Below, one piece after another: positions 10,830 through 19,425 of a DNA stretch of 64,000 bases. Numbering within the stretch: position 1 is the first letter of the stretch; each line of letters begins with the position of its first letter. The stretch spans positions 5,882 to 69,881 of the IMG/VR virus record IMGVR_UViG_3300006921_000011. The stretch is one strand, 5' to 3'. This DNA is from a virus. The notes under the pieces are model-generated. The model had not been told where the DNA came from. It ran no database searches and saw only the letters and a program-made list of their open reading frames with translations. The position numbers and the translations under genes were made by a program.

Positions 10830-13160
10830 TTATGTCATTAACACACCCCCACCTTTTTGCATGGATTTATAACCTGGTTTACCGTCTAAGGCGGTTTCTT
10901 CTAATTTATCTTTTAACCACATCAACACTAAATTCTGGTCTAGTAGTTGTTTTGCATCTATGTTCATATTAAGACCTGCAGCATTTAATGTCGCTGTCCC
11001 TCCTAAATTAACATCTACTTTTACTGTACCTCCTGGAGATTGACCCCCTTGTCCTCTGATTTGACGACCAAAATTTTCCATATCGGTAGCTCCGATAGCA
11101 CCTGCTGGTAAAGCCGTATTTATCTTAGTACTATCGAATGCAGCAATTATGTCTGTAGGTTGGGTCCTGACTCTTCCTGCGGAATTAGAAATGTCTGTAA
11201 CACCTTGGGTAAAATAATCTTCCACATTTACTGGTGGTGACACATTTGCTGGGTCTGTACTAGAAAAGAATTGTAAAGCTGAATTTAAGTATTGTTCCCA
11301 TTTAGCTCCAAAGGTAGTTTGGAATTGGGCTTCTAGTCCGGTCCTCACTTCTCCAAAAGCAGCGTCCACACTTGCTTCATTACCAGCACCTGGTACCACC
11401 ACCTCTTTTAAAACTTCCCTAATTGTCACAGCACCAGCTTTTAAACTATCTTGAAATACGTCGACTAGTGGGGTCTGCAATAATTTAATTGTACTTTCTG
11501 CTAATTGTTGTCCTTGTGCACCTAATTCCATTTCAAACCCTAACTGACCTTTGGTTGCTTGTGCTTGAATTGCTTCCAATGCGGTCATCGACCTAAACAT
11601 TATTTCTTTCTCCGATGCAGCGTCCATTTCTTTTGCTCTCTCTTCGTCACCTTTCATGGATTCTCTTAGAAGTTTTACTTGGGTGTCTTGTAGGTCTTCT
11701 AATGCAGTAAATTTACCAGGTTCTAACTCTATCTGATATTTTCCATCTTTAAATTGGGCCATACTTGCAGCAAATTGTTGGAGTTGTTCTGCATCTTCAG
11801 ACCCTGCAAATGCTCCTAAGTTCATTTGGGACATTGCTAGTGTTTCTTGTTTGGCCATTTTTACTGAGTTAACATATTCTTCATAACCCATACCTAATTG
11901 TTCTGCCATGGCTCTCATTCTCCTCATTTCTGTAGGAGAAATTCCCATCTCACCAGTTTCTTCATTAAAGGTTATTGCTGACTCCCCAGCCTCAATAATA
12001 GCGTTTTGTAGACCTTCGAGGTCGGATGTCGCCATATACATTAGTTTAAACGGGTCGGCTAAATCTCCCACAGCACCCCCTATAACTTGTAAATTTGCAG
12101 CTAAATCTATCGCTCCTTCTGGGTCGATTACTTTGTCCATTAAAGTTTTAACACTTTGCATACTCAGACCGAGTCGTTGTGCCTGGGCAGCCATTCGTGT
12201 AAATCCTTGTACACCATCTTTAAAATTGTAGGCATTAACCATAGACATATTTTCCGCCACAGTTTTCATAAACTTACCAACATTAAGACCCATGCCCTGT
12301 GCAACATCTCTCATCTCCATACCTTTTTCTAAGGCGGCATCGACACCAACACCCATTTTGTCAAACCCTTGTACTAATCGTGCTGTAGCATCTGCACCCA
12401 ATTCCGTAGCGTCTGCGAAGATAGCAAGTTTTGTCATTGTATCGTCATCAATAGATAAGTTTCTACCAATAACTTCACTTAGAGTAGAGACAGCTCTTAA
12501 AGTTTCTTCAAAATCTATCCCGTATTCCGATGCTTGGATGGTGGCTGATGCAATATTTTTTTGGTAGGTCGTTTGCATTGAACCCTGCATTCCTAAATTC
12601 TTAACAACAGTTTTTCTTATCGCCCCTTCTTTCTCTAAAGAATTATTCGCTAATCTTAGTAATGCATTAATTTTCTCTTGGCCTTCTACCATTGGGTTAA
12701 GTAGATTACCTATGTCATCATAAAATGCTTTACTCTTACCTAATAATAAGTTGGATGCCGTTTGTAACTCAATTTGTGTGCTTACTTCCTTTACAATTTT
12801 CTTTTGTTCACCATAAATCTTCTCGTATTGCTTTTTTTGGGTACTGGTTAGGTCGGAAATCTTTTTTTGTTCTAGGTAAACTTGTTTATATAATTTGAGG
12901 TCTGCTGCTGATGGTCCTGTCGGTTCATCTACATAGGAAGGTAACGGCATATTAATACCAAACATCTTAGCAAGTTTAATAGAAAGTTTGTTACCTTCTT
13001 TACCTTGTTTTAAAATGGAATTTACTCGGGATTGGTGATTTGGTTCGTCTTTTCGGTTAAATATCCCTAATGGAACACCTAATTCAGGGTGGGATGCTAG
13101 GTATGGTTGCCCACCAGACAATAATTTCTCAATATATAATTGTATTAATAACCTAAACAT
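10830..13160 (-). CDS. Tail tape measure protein
   Basis: Ala/Gly/Met-rich helical protein directly downstream of tube and chaperone genes. Confidence 0.75.
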   Translation of the reverse strand: MFRLLIQLYIEKLLSGGQPYLASHPELGVPLGIFNRKDEPNHQSRVNSILKQGKEGNKLSIKLAKMFGINMPLPSYVDEPTGPSAADLKLYKQVYLEQKKISDLTSTQKKQYEKIYGEQKKIVKEVSTQIELQTASNLLLGKSKAFYDDIGNLLNPMVEGQEKINALLRLANNSLEKEGAIRKTVVKNLGMQGSMQTTYQKNIASATIQASEYGIDFEETLRAVSTLSEVIGRNLSIDDDTMTKLAIFADATELGADATARLVQGFDKMGVGVDAALEKGMEMRDVAQGMGLNVGKFMKTVAENMSMVNAYNFKDGVQGFTRMAAQAQRLGLSMQSVKTLMDKVIDPEGAIDLAANLQVIGGAVGDLADPFKLMYMATSDLEGLQNAIIEAGESAITFNEETGEMGISPTEMRRMRAMAEQLGMGYEEYVNSVKMAKQETLAMSQMNLGAFAGSEDAEQLQQFAASMAQFKDGKYQIELEPGKFTALEDLQDTQVKLLRESMKGDEERAKEMDAASEKEIMFRSMTALEAIQAQATKGQLGFEMELGAQGQQLAESTIKLLQTPLVDVFQDSLKAGAVTIREVLKEVVVPGAGNEASVDAAFGEVRTGLEAQFQTTFGAKWEQYLNSALQFFSSTDPANVSPPVNVEDYFTQGVTDISNSAGRVRTQPTDIIAAFDSTKINTALPAGAIGATDMENFGRQIRGQGGQSPGGTVKVDVNLGGTATLNAAGLNMNIDAKQLLDQNLVLMWLKDKLEETALDGKPGYKSMQKGGGVLMT

Positions 13161-13187
13161 ACCTTTCGTTTAAATATAAATATCTAC

Positions 13188-13397
13188 CTAAAGATTTCTT
13201 TTGTTTTTGGCTTTTTCCATGTTCTCTTGTTTTTGTTGTGCCTCTTGTACCATTTTGTCTACAAAAAACCTACGTTCATAAACGGGCATACTTAAACAAT
13301 CCTGATAGGAAAAATGTGCGTGCTTTACTAAATAATACAGTTCATCGAGTAGTGAAAGCCTATACTCCGAAGAAAGGGCGAAAAAAGGCGACCCCAA
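13188..13397 (-). CDS. gp51-like tail/baseplate assembly chaperone segment, probably reached by frameshift from the upstream gene
   Basis: ELYYLVKHAHFSYQDCLSMPVYERRFF resembles gp51/GT-type chaperone C-terminal segments; only a TTG start; 38 nt overlap with the upstream ORF. Confidence 0.6.
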   Translation of the reverse strand: MGSPFFALSSEYRLSLLDELYYLVKHAHFSYQDCLSMPVYERRFFVDKMVQEAQQKQENMEKAKNKRNL

Positions 13398-14127
13398 ATG
13401 AAATTCTTGTGCTCACTTGGTTGCCGGAAGGCGCTGTTACGGTTCTTTCTAAATCTAAACCTGGTTTATTTTGAATAATGTATTTTCTTAATGCTTGTGA
13501 GTCCTTTATTGGCATTGCTTGTATACGAGTCGCTATAACCCCTAGGTCTTTTTCTCCTTCTATTTCTACAATATGTTTTTCTAATCTTTTAGTAACTGTT
13601 GGTACAATTTGTACACCACTATATTGTTGTGGTAAATCTTGTAATTCACTTTCCTCTTGCCCTGAAAGAAATCTAAACTTTATATTTTTTTGAGAAGATG
13701 GTAAAGTAAAATCAAAATTGTTATTACTATCTGGTTTTAACTTAAATTCTTTAGTTCCTACAGTAGATAAATCTACAGTGTGAGTAAAATTAGTACTGTT
13801 TTCTGGGTCCACTAATGTAATTTCGTATTGGGAACCGTAAGCTGTGTTTCTTAAGAATAGTAGGACCGCTTCTTTATCACATTCTAACATATCGTTAGTG
13901 TGGAAATCAGGTTCTAATATTTTTCTTCTTAATAGTACATCTACCATTTCTCCAGATTGTACTAAATTCTGTGACATAATAATGTTTTCGTCAGCTGCTG
14001 TTAGATAGGAAACTTTTATACTAGATTTTTTATTTTTGTAGAACATACCCTTAGATGGTAATTCAATAACATCATAAGGTACGTTTCCTTGAAGGTCTGC
14101 TTGTGCTTGTACTTTTGTTGGGTCCAT
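13360..14127 (-). CDS. gp26-like baseplate hub / tail assembly chaperone
   Basis: IELPSKGMFY, LTAADENII, DKEAVLLFLRNTAYGSQY, FTLPSSQKNIKFRFL, C-terminal FFRP; sits between tube and tape measure. Confidence 0.75.
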   Translation of the reverse strand: MDPTKVQAQADLQGNVPYDVIELPSKGMFYKNKKSSIKVSYLTAADENIIMSQNLVQSGEMVDVLLRRKILEPDFHTNDMLECDKEAVLLFLRNTAYGSQYEITLVDPENSTNFTHTVDLSTVGTKEFKLKPDSNNNFDFTLPSSQKNIKFRFLSGQEESELQDLPQQYSGVQIVPTVTKRLEKHIVEIEGEKDLGVIATRIQAMPIKDSQALRKYIIQNKPGLDLERTVTAPSGNQVSTRISFGVAFFRPFFGV

Positions 14128-14282
14128 TTAATTTATATTTTATACAAAGATTCTTTATTTGTTATTATATGTAAACATTTATCAGTAGCATAAGTATAGA
14201 TACTAACAAAAATTTTACATTTATTGTATACCTTGTCTCTCTAAAGATACTATAGTGGTTGGAAAAGAAAATAATAGCATAT

Positions 14283-14309
14283 AAAAAATCCATACCTAAA
14301 TATGGATTT
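14283..14309 (-). terminator. Rho-independent terminator after tail tube gene
   Basis: AAATCCATA-6 nt-TATGGATTT stem running into a T tract on the minus strand. Confidence 0.55.
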
Positions 14310-14336
14310 AATATTATATATGTAGTAATGTCTAGT

Positions 14337-14825
14337 TTAGTAAACTAAGATACATCTATCCGGTCTTAAAGTTGCTGCGATATTTGCAATTCCTTCATCA
14401 CCATAAGATAAATCATTAAAGTTAACATCTGTTAGGAATGTTCCTTGGAGAATCCACTTCTCAACTACAACCCCTGTAGGGTCTAACATTTCTAAGTCAA
14501 TATCTTTTTTGTATCCTGCAGCGTATCCCATTCTTCCAGTAACTGACTCAGCGTGTAATCTAGCCCACTCCATTAAAGCTTGTGCTGCGGAAGGACCAAT
14601 AGGGTCTCTAAATGTTACGTTAATTGTATTCCACACAAATCTACCAGCTACATAAGTAGATGTATTTAAAAAAGGAATCTCTACAGAACCAATACTAATA
14701 TTAGGTCTAGATGTACTTTCCACATACCATTCATTGATTCCTAAAGACGAAGGAAATCTCAATATAAACCTATTCTTTTTCTTAGGTTCGTAAGGTATGG
14801 GCATTTTCATTAATAAGTCAGCCAT
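14337..14825 (-). CDS. Tail tube protein (gp19-like)
   Basis: EPKKKNRFILRFP, YVAGRFVWNTINVTFRDPIGPS, LEMLDPTGVVVEKWILQGTF, LRPDRC. Confidence 0.9.
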   Translation of the reverse strand: MADLLMKMPIPYEPKKKNRFILRFPSSLGINEWYVESTSRPNISIGSVEIPFLNTSTYVAGRFVWNTINVTFRDPIGPSAAQALMEWARLHAESVTGRMGYAAGYKKDIDLEMLDPTGVVVEKWILQGTFLTDVNFNDLSYGDEGIANIAATLRPDRCILVY

Positions 14826-14860
14826 AATTTTTTATTCTTTTTTGTAATTCTTATTTATCA

Positions 14861-14867
14861 ATAAATA
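14861..14867 (-). promoter_or_regulatory. Putative late promoter motif TATTTAT (tube gene)
   Basis: Same 7-mer found upstream of most structural transcription units. Confidence 0.5.
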
Positions 14868-14943
14868 TAAACAACTTTGAAAATTTCTCATTTTTTGTCT
14901 TTACTTGCTTTATTAGTTTTAGTTATATATAATATAGCCGCTT

Positions 14944-15594
14944 TTAAATCTTAGCTTTCATTACAAATAGCTTATTAGCTTTATTACTTTCTAAAGTGCT
15001 TTTTAATCGCTTTACTGCTTTTAAGTTCTTTATATCATCGTCTAAAAAAATGATTTCGTCATACTCATCTAGTAACCCATTTATTATCTCCGCTTTCTTA
15101 TCAAAATCAGCTACTGCTGTTAGGTTGGACGCTGTAACCTCATCGTTAACAGCATAAACCAAATTTCTATCTAGTTTGTCCCCTATTGGGACTAATCTAC
15201 CTTGTTTATCTCTATACATTAACCACTCTCTTAAAGTGTCGTAGACGGTGTCCTCGTGACCCCTGGCAGTCAATATACCAATTTTATACCCCCTATTTAT
15301 GAATTCATCCATAACATTAAGGTTTGCTACAATAGGTTCTCCTGCCATTATGGAATCAGTAATAGATTTAGGGTCAGCAAAATCTCTATAGTCGTAATAT
15401 TGTTTGGTGTCGTCAGTAACTTTCTCGTTACGATATTCTGCTGGGGTTAAAGCGATTTCCTCTTCACCTGGAAATTGTCTATAAATGTATATGTCGTCAG
15501 CTTCCACAACCGTATCATCCAAATCTAACAATACTAACTTATTTAGATTTGCAAGTTCTTTTAAAATAAATCTATGGCTTACGTTTTTAATCAC
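14944..15594 (-). CDS. HAD-family phosphatase with short N-terminal tag
   Basis: Motifs DLDDT, LTARG, KK and FLDDDIKNL; N-terminus MIKNVSHRFILKE. Confidence 0.75.
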   Translation of the reverse strand: MIKNVSHRFILKELANLNKLVLLDLDDTVVEADDIYIYRQFPGEEEIALTPAEYRNEKVTDDTKQYYDYRDFADPKSITDSIMAGEPIVANLNVMDEFINRGYKIGILTARGHEDTVYDTLREWLMYRDKQGRLVPIGDKLDRNLVYAVNDEVTASNLTAVADFDKKAEIINGLLDEYDEIIFLDDDIKNLKAVKRLKSTLESNKANKLFVMKAKI

Positions 15595-15601
15595 TAATTT
15601 T

Positions 15602-16582
15602 CTATTTAAAATTTTCTAAGAACGGCCATAACTCATCACCAACTAAGATTTTAGTGATTGAAGGCATCATCCATGGTGATATATTAGAGATTTTCATCCC
15701 ATTAGTTAACCAGATAATGACTTGTGAATTCTTTAATGCACTAATTTGAGCCTCTCCAAAAGTACCCGCACCTGCAGTTCCGTCAAAATTTATTAAGTTA
15801 GTGTCACAAATTTTTAACATGTATAAATCTTGCACCACTATCTTTTCTCTTATTTTTTCTCTAAATACTTTAAATTGTTCATCATTTAAATCATTGGATT
15901 TCCATGCTTTGAATAGTTGTTGGAATTCCTCGTCCTCGTCTCTTACAGTTTCAGCTCTCAGAGGGTTAAGGAGGACTGGTGTGTCTAATCCTTTAAAATC
16001 CATTTTACCGTCAGTTATTAAATCTAGAAGTCTTTCACCTTTAACTACGTGGTCCGGACCAAAAAATTCTTCTACCTGTGTTCTCCAAGATAATGCATCC
16101 TCCGCAAAATCAATACCCCCACCTAAATAAATGGCTCTAGGTTTAAATACACCCTCCATATCTGTAGGGTCTAAAACATCTATTAAATGTATAGTATCTT
16201 TCATTTCATCTGCACTTGCATTAATAAGAAAATCTGAAGCTTTATCTGTTAGATATCTTTTTAACCATTTCCCCATTTTAGAAAATAATCCATCAGCTTT
16301 AAGTTCTGGTATTCCACCATAAGAAATTTCATTTAATTCTTCTCCCTCCTCTTCCTCTTCTTCACCACCATCTCTCATTTTTCTAAATTCATCATCATAA
16401 AAATAATCAGGATTATATCCAGGTAATTGTCTCCAATTATCTGGTCGGTCATCATCAGTGTTAACTATAGTTGTCAATGCTTTCCGTACTTCTTCTCTCT
16501 TTTCAGGAGATAACGAAACTATTTCATCATAAAGACTATTTTTATCTTCTACAAATTCACGTATAATTCTTTTAGTATTCAT
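15602..16582 (-). CDS. Nucleoside 2-deoxyribosyltransferase / nucleotide N-glycosidase-like protein with acidic N-terminal pro-region
   Basis: IYLGGGID...WR, LNP, DLYMLKICD and GTFGE match the NDT/DNPH1 fold pattern. Confidence 0.65.
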   Translation of the reverse strand: MNTKRIIREFVEDKNSLYDEIVSLSPEKREEVRKALTTIVNTDDDRPDNWRQLPGYNPDYFYDDEFRKMRDGGEEEEEEGEELNEISYGGIPELKADGLFSKMGKWLKRYLTDKASDFLINASADEMKDTIHLIDVLDPTDMEGVFKPRAIYLGGGIDFAEDALSWRTQVEEFFGPDHVVKGERLLDLITDGKMDFKGLDTPVLLNPLRAETVRDEDEEFQQLFKAWKSNDLNDEQFKVFREKIREKIVVQDLYMLKICDTNLINFDGTAGAGTFGEAQISALKNSQVIIWLTNGMKISNISPWMMPSITKILVGDELWPFLENFK

Positions 16583-17389
16583 TTAATAATCAGTTTTTTC
16601 TATTTTATTTCCTTTCATAATATCTTTTGCAGCTGAGGTACCTAATCTAGTGGCCCCCGCATCTATCATTTTTTGTGCATCTTCTTTACTATAAATACCA
16701 CCAGATGCTTTAACTTGTAATGGACCAGAATTGGACTTCATAATACTTACAGCTTCTGGTGTTGCACCTATGGGTCTGTCATCATCCGCTTTATAAAAAC
16801 CAGTAGAAGTTTTCACAAAAACATTACTAGCTTTTTCAGGTCCAACAGTTTCTATCACTATTTTACTAATTAATGTTGTAAGGTCAGCGATTTCATCAGG
16901 AGATAAAGCTGCGGACTCTATAATCCACTTAACCGCTTTTCCCGCAGAGACCCCTATAGACGTACCCTCACTAACCTCTTTCCAAATTGTATCCAAGTCA
17001 CCTTTTTGAAAGGCTTTGTAATTGACCACATAGTCTAATTCATCAACCCCATTTTGTATAGCTTCTATAGCCTCATCGAATTTTTCACCCATCCATGTGT
17101 CACCATGGGGAAATCCTATAACAGTACCCACTAATACATTAGCTCCCTTACTATCTATAAATTCACGAGCTGACTCGACATATTCCGGTCTTATCATCAC
17201 TAATTTCATATTATGGTCTATCGCGTCTTGGATGGTGTTAAAAACAATAACGTCAGTTTCTTCTTCTCCTATACCCGCTTGTTCTGGGGTTTTTAAATAT
17301 GTCGAATCTAGATATGACCCTAAATCTAACTCTTCTTGTTCCCTTATTAACATTAAATCCTGTATTCTTTTTATTTGTTCGTTTAACAT
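16583..17389 (-). CDS. deoC: Deoxyribose-phosphate aldolase with N-terminal tag
   Basis: TVIGFPHG, GVDELDYVVN, KWIIESAAL, FVKTSTGF, VKASGGI, GATRLGTS; the YLDSTYLKT start of the core resembles flavobacterial DeoC. Confidence 0.93.
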   Translation of the reverse strand: MLNEQIKRIQDLMLIREQEELDLGSYLDSTYLKTPEQAGIGEEETDVIVFNTIQDAIDHNMKLVMIRPEYVESAREFIDSKGANVLVGTVIGFPHGDTWMGEKFDEAIEAIQNGVDELDYVVNYKAFQKGDLDTIWKEVSEGTSIGVSAGKAVKWIIESAALSPDEIADLTTLISKIVIETVGPEKASNVFVKTSTGFYKADDDRPIGATPEAVSIMKSNSGPLQVKASGGIYSKEDAQKMIDAGATRLGTSAAKDIMKGNKIEKTDY

Positions 17390-17405
17390 ATAGTAATTGT
17401 TTAGT

Positions 17406-17421
17406 TATAAATATATTTATA
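17406..17421. promoter_or_regulatory. Palindromic bidirectional late-promoter-like element
   Basis: Perfect 16 bp palindrome TATAAATATATTTATA in the 36 bp gap between divergent operons; gives TATTTAT on both strands. Confidence 0.6.
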
Positions 17422-17425
17422 TTAT

Positions 17426-18133
17426 ATGAAAAATATAATTAAAAAAATATTAAGAGAAGAAACAAGGTATTTAAACGAAGCTAAAAAGAAAACTAAAAAA
17501 GATGCGTGTTATCACAAAGTCAAAGCAAGATACGATGTTTGGCCTTCTGCCTACGCATCTGGTGCTTTATCTAAATGTAGAAAAGTAGGTGCTTCTAATT
17601 GGGGAAAGACCTCAACCAAAGAAGAAAAAGAATTAGAAGAAAAAAGAAAACTAACATCAAAACCTAGTTCGGAAACTAATTTAAGAGATTGGTTTAAAAG
17701 AAAAGGAGCTCCGGGTAAAACTGGTGGTTGGGTTGATTGTAATACCTGTAGGGATGGTAAATGTAAACCTTGTGGTAGAAGTGAAGGTGAAAAAAGAGAA
17801 AAACCTAGGTGTCGACCAACACCGTCCGCTTGTAAAGGATTTAAAACTGAAAGTATTATAGAAGAAGCAGAGTATAGAGGAAGGAAAGTTAAACTTAACA
17901 AACCAACAAGAGGTGATGTTAAAAAGTTTAAGGTGTATGTTAAAAATGATAAAGGTAATGTAGTTAAAGTTAACTTTGGTCATGGTGGGACTTCCGCTAA
18001 AAAAAGAGGAGAAAAGACTATGAAAATTAGAAAATCTAATCCTAAAGCAAGAAAATCATTTAGAGCAAGACATAATTGTGATAATCCAGGACCAAAATGG
18101 AAAGCAAGATATTGGAGTTGTAGAAAGTGGTAA
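17426..18133 (+). CDS. Basic, Cys-rich multi-module phage protein (DUF5872-like and DUF6321-like modules), probable internal head protein
   Basis: KARYDVWPSAYASGAL; LRDWF...WVD...CGR...CRP; KVNFG...RKSFRARHNC...ARYWSC; N-terminal MKNIIKKILREE. Confidence 0.6.
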   Translation: MKNIIKKILREETRYLNEAKKKTKKDACYHKVKARYDVWPSAYASGALSKCRKVGASNWGKTSTKEEKELEEKRKLTSKPSSETNLRDWFKRKGAPGKTGGWVDCNTCRDGKCKPCGRSEGEKREKPRCRPTPSACKGFKTESIIEEAEYRGRKVKLNKPTRGDVKKFKVYVKNDKGNVVKVNFGHGGTSAKKRGEKTMKIRKSNPKARKSFRARHNCDNPGPKWKARYWSCRKW

Positions 18134-18786
18134 TGAAAGATTTAATTAAAAATATAATAAGAGAAAGTCTAGTAACAGAAGCTAAAAAATCATTTTTTAG
18201 ACGGGTAAGTTTACCTTACGATTATAATTCTATGAAAGATTTTGTAGGGTATGAAACAATGTGGGAACATTACAATAAACACTATAAAGGTTATACAACT
18301 AAGTTAAACGAAACCTTATCTAAAAGAAAAAACCCTTCTACTGATATTGAAAAAATTATTAGAGGAATTAAAAACTACAATACTTTTACTAGAAACAACG
18401 CTGGAGGTTACTATAATCATAGTTTATTTTTTAAAGATTATATAACACCAGATAAAACAGAACTTTCAGAAAAACTTAGAAAAAAAATAAATAATGATTT
18501 TAGTAGTTTAGATAACTTTAAAAGACAGTTCGATGAAGAATCAGCTAAAGTGTTTGGTTCAGGTTGGTGTTGGTTAGTTATAAAAAACGGCAGACTTAAA
18601 ATAGTTAGTACCCCTAATCAAGATAATCCGTTAATGGATAACTTGGGAGAACCTTTATTAGGTTTAGATGTTTGGGAACATGCTTATTATTTAAATTATA
18701 TGGCAGATAGAAAAAAATACATAAATAACTTTTGGAAAGTGGTGAACTGGGAAAATGTATCAAAAAAATATGAAGAACTTAATTAA
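18133..18786 (+). CDS. sodA: Mn/Fe superoxide dismutase with N-terminal tag
   Basis: HYNKHYKGY, NNAGGYYNHSLFF, FGSGW, PNQDNP, DVWEHAYY; ATG coupled to upstream stop (TAATG). Confidence 0.93.
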   Translation: MKDLIKNIIRESLVTEAKKSFFRRVSLPYDYNSMKDFVGYETMWEHYNKHYKGYTTKLNETLSKRKNPSTDIEKIIRGIKNYNTFTRNNAGGYYNHSLFFKDYITPDKTELSEKLRKKINNDFSSLDNFKRQFDEESAKVFGSGWCWLVIKNGRLKIVSTPNQDNPLMDNLGEPLLGLDVWEHAYYLNYMADRKKYINNFWKVVNWENVSKKYEELN

Positions 18787-19423
18787 AAATATATTAAAGG
18801 AAGAACTTCTGTTGGAGGAGAAAGTGGTTGGTTTTAGTAACCCTTCTAATAACTTTGTGGTTATAGCTGGTGGCCCTGGTGCTGGTAAAAGTTTTATAAC
18901 TAGAAATTTAATTGACTTAAATAACGTAAAGGAATTTAATGTTGACCAGGTTAGGGTTATGACGGCTAAGAAGTTATGGGGAGACGAATGGGAAGAAAAC
19001 ATATCGACCCCTGAAGGATATCAAGAAATACTTGACCGAACCTATACTACTTCTGACCCTAGAAATCTTACTGTTAGATTCTTAAAACAATTTTTACAAG
19101 CAGAACGAGGCCAATCAGTTAATGTTGTATATGATGCAGGTGGTGGTCAAGAACAAGTAATGAAGGATGTTTGGTCTATTGCGAAGGAAAATGGATTTGA
19201 TACTACCTTGGTTTATGTTAGAACTCCTTTAGAATTAGCACAACTAAGAAATAGTGAAAGACCTCGAAGTTTACCACCAGATATGGTTGCACAATACCAC
19301 CAAAAAGTTAAAGATAATATGAGAAACATGATACCTCTTTTTGATAATGTATGGACGGTGGATAATAAAGAACTTATAGACCTATCAGATAGGCCTTCAG
19401 AAAATATCGAAAAAATTAAATAG
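18770..19423 (+). CDS. P-loop kinase (zeta toxin / AAA_33 / polynucleotide kinase-like) with N-terminal tag
   Basis: GGPGAGKS Walker A, NVD, VVYD, lid RNSERPR. Confidence 0.8.
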   Translation: MKNLIKNILKEELLLEEKVVGFSNPSNNFVVIAGGPGAGKSFITRNLIDLNNVKEFNVDQVRVMTAKKLWGDEWEENISTPEGYQEILDRTYTTSDPRNLTVRFLKQFLQAERGQSVNVVYDAGGGQEQVMKDVWSIAKENGFDTTLVYVRTPLELAQLRNSERPRSLPPDMVAQYHQKVKDNMRNMIPLFDNVWTVDNKELIDLSDRPSENIEKIK

Positions 19424-19425
19424 AG

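Noticed and set aside
57-12567. Short plus-strand ORFs (57-314, 528-866, 3951-4355, 11908-12231 etc.) and similar antisense ORFs throughout the window
   Set aside because: Shadows of long opposite-strand genes; Ser/Leu/Phe-rich with no motifs
18770-19423. Zeta/epsilon toxin-antitoxin pair
   Set aside because: No antitoxin-like neighbour; the kinase fold alone is not diagnostic
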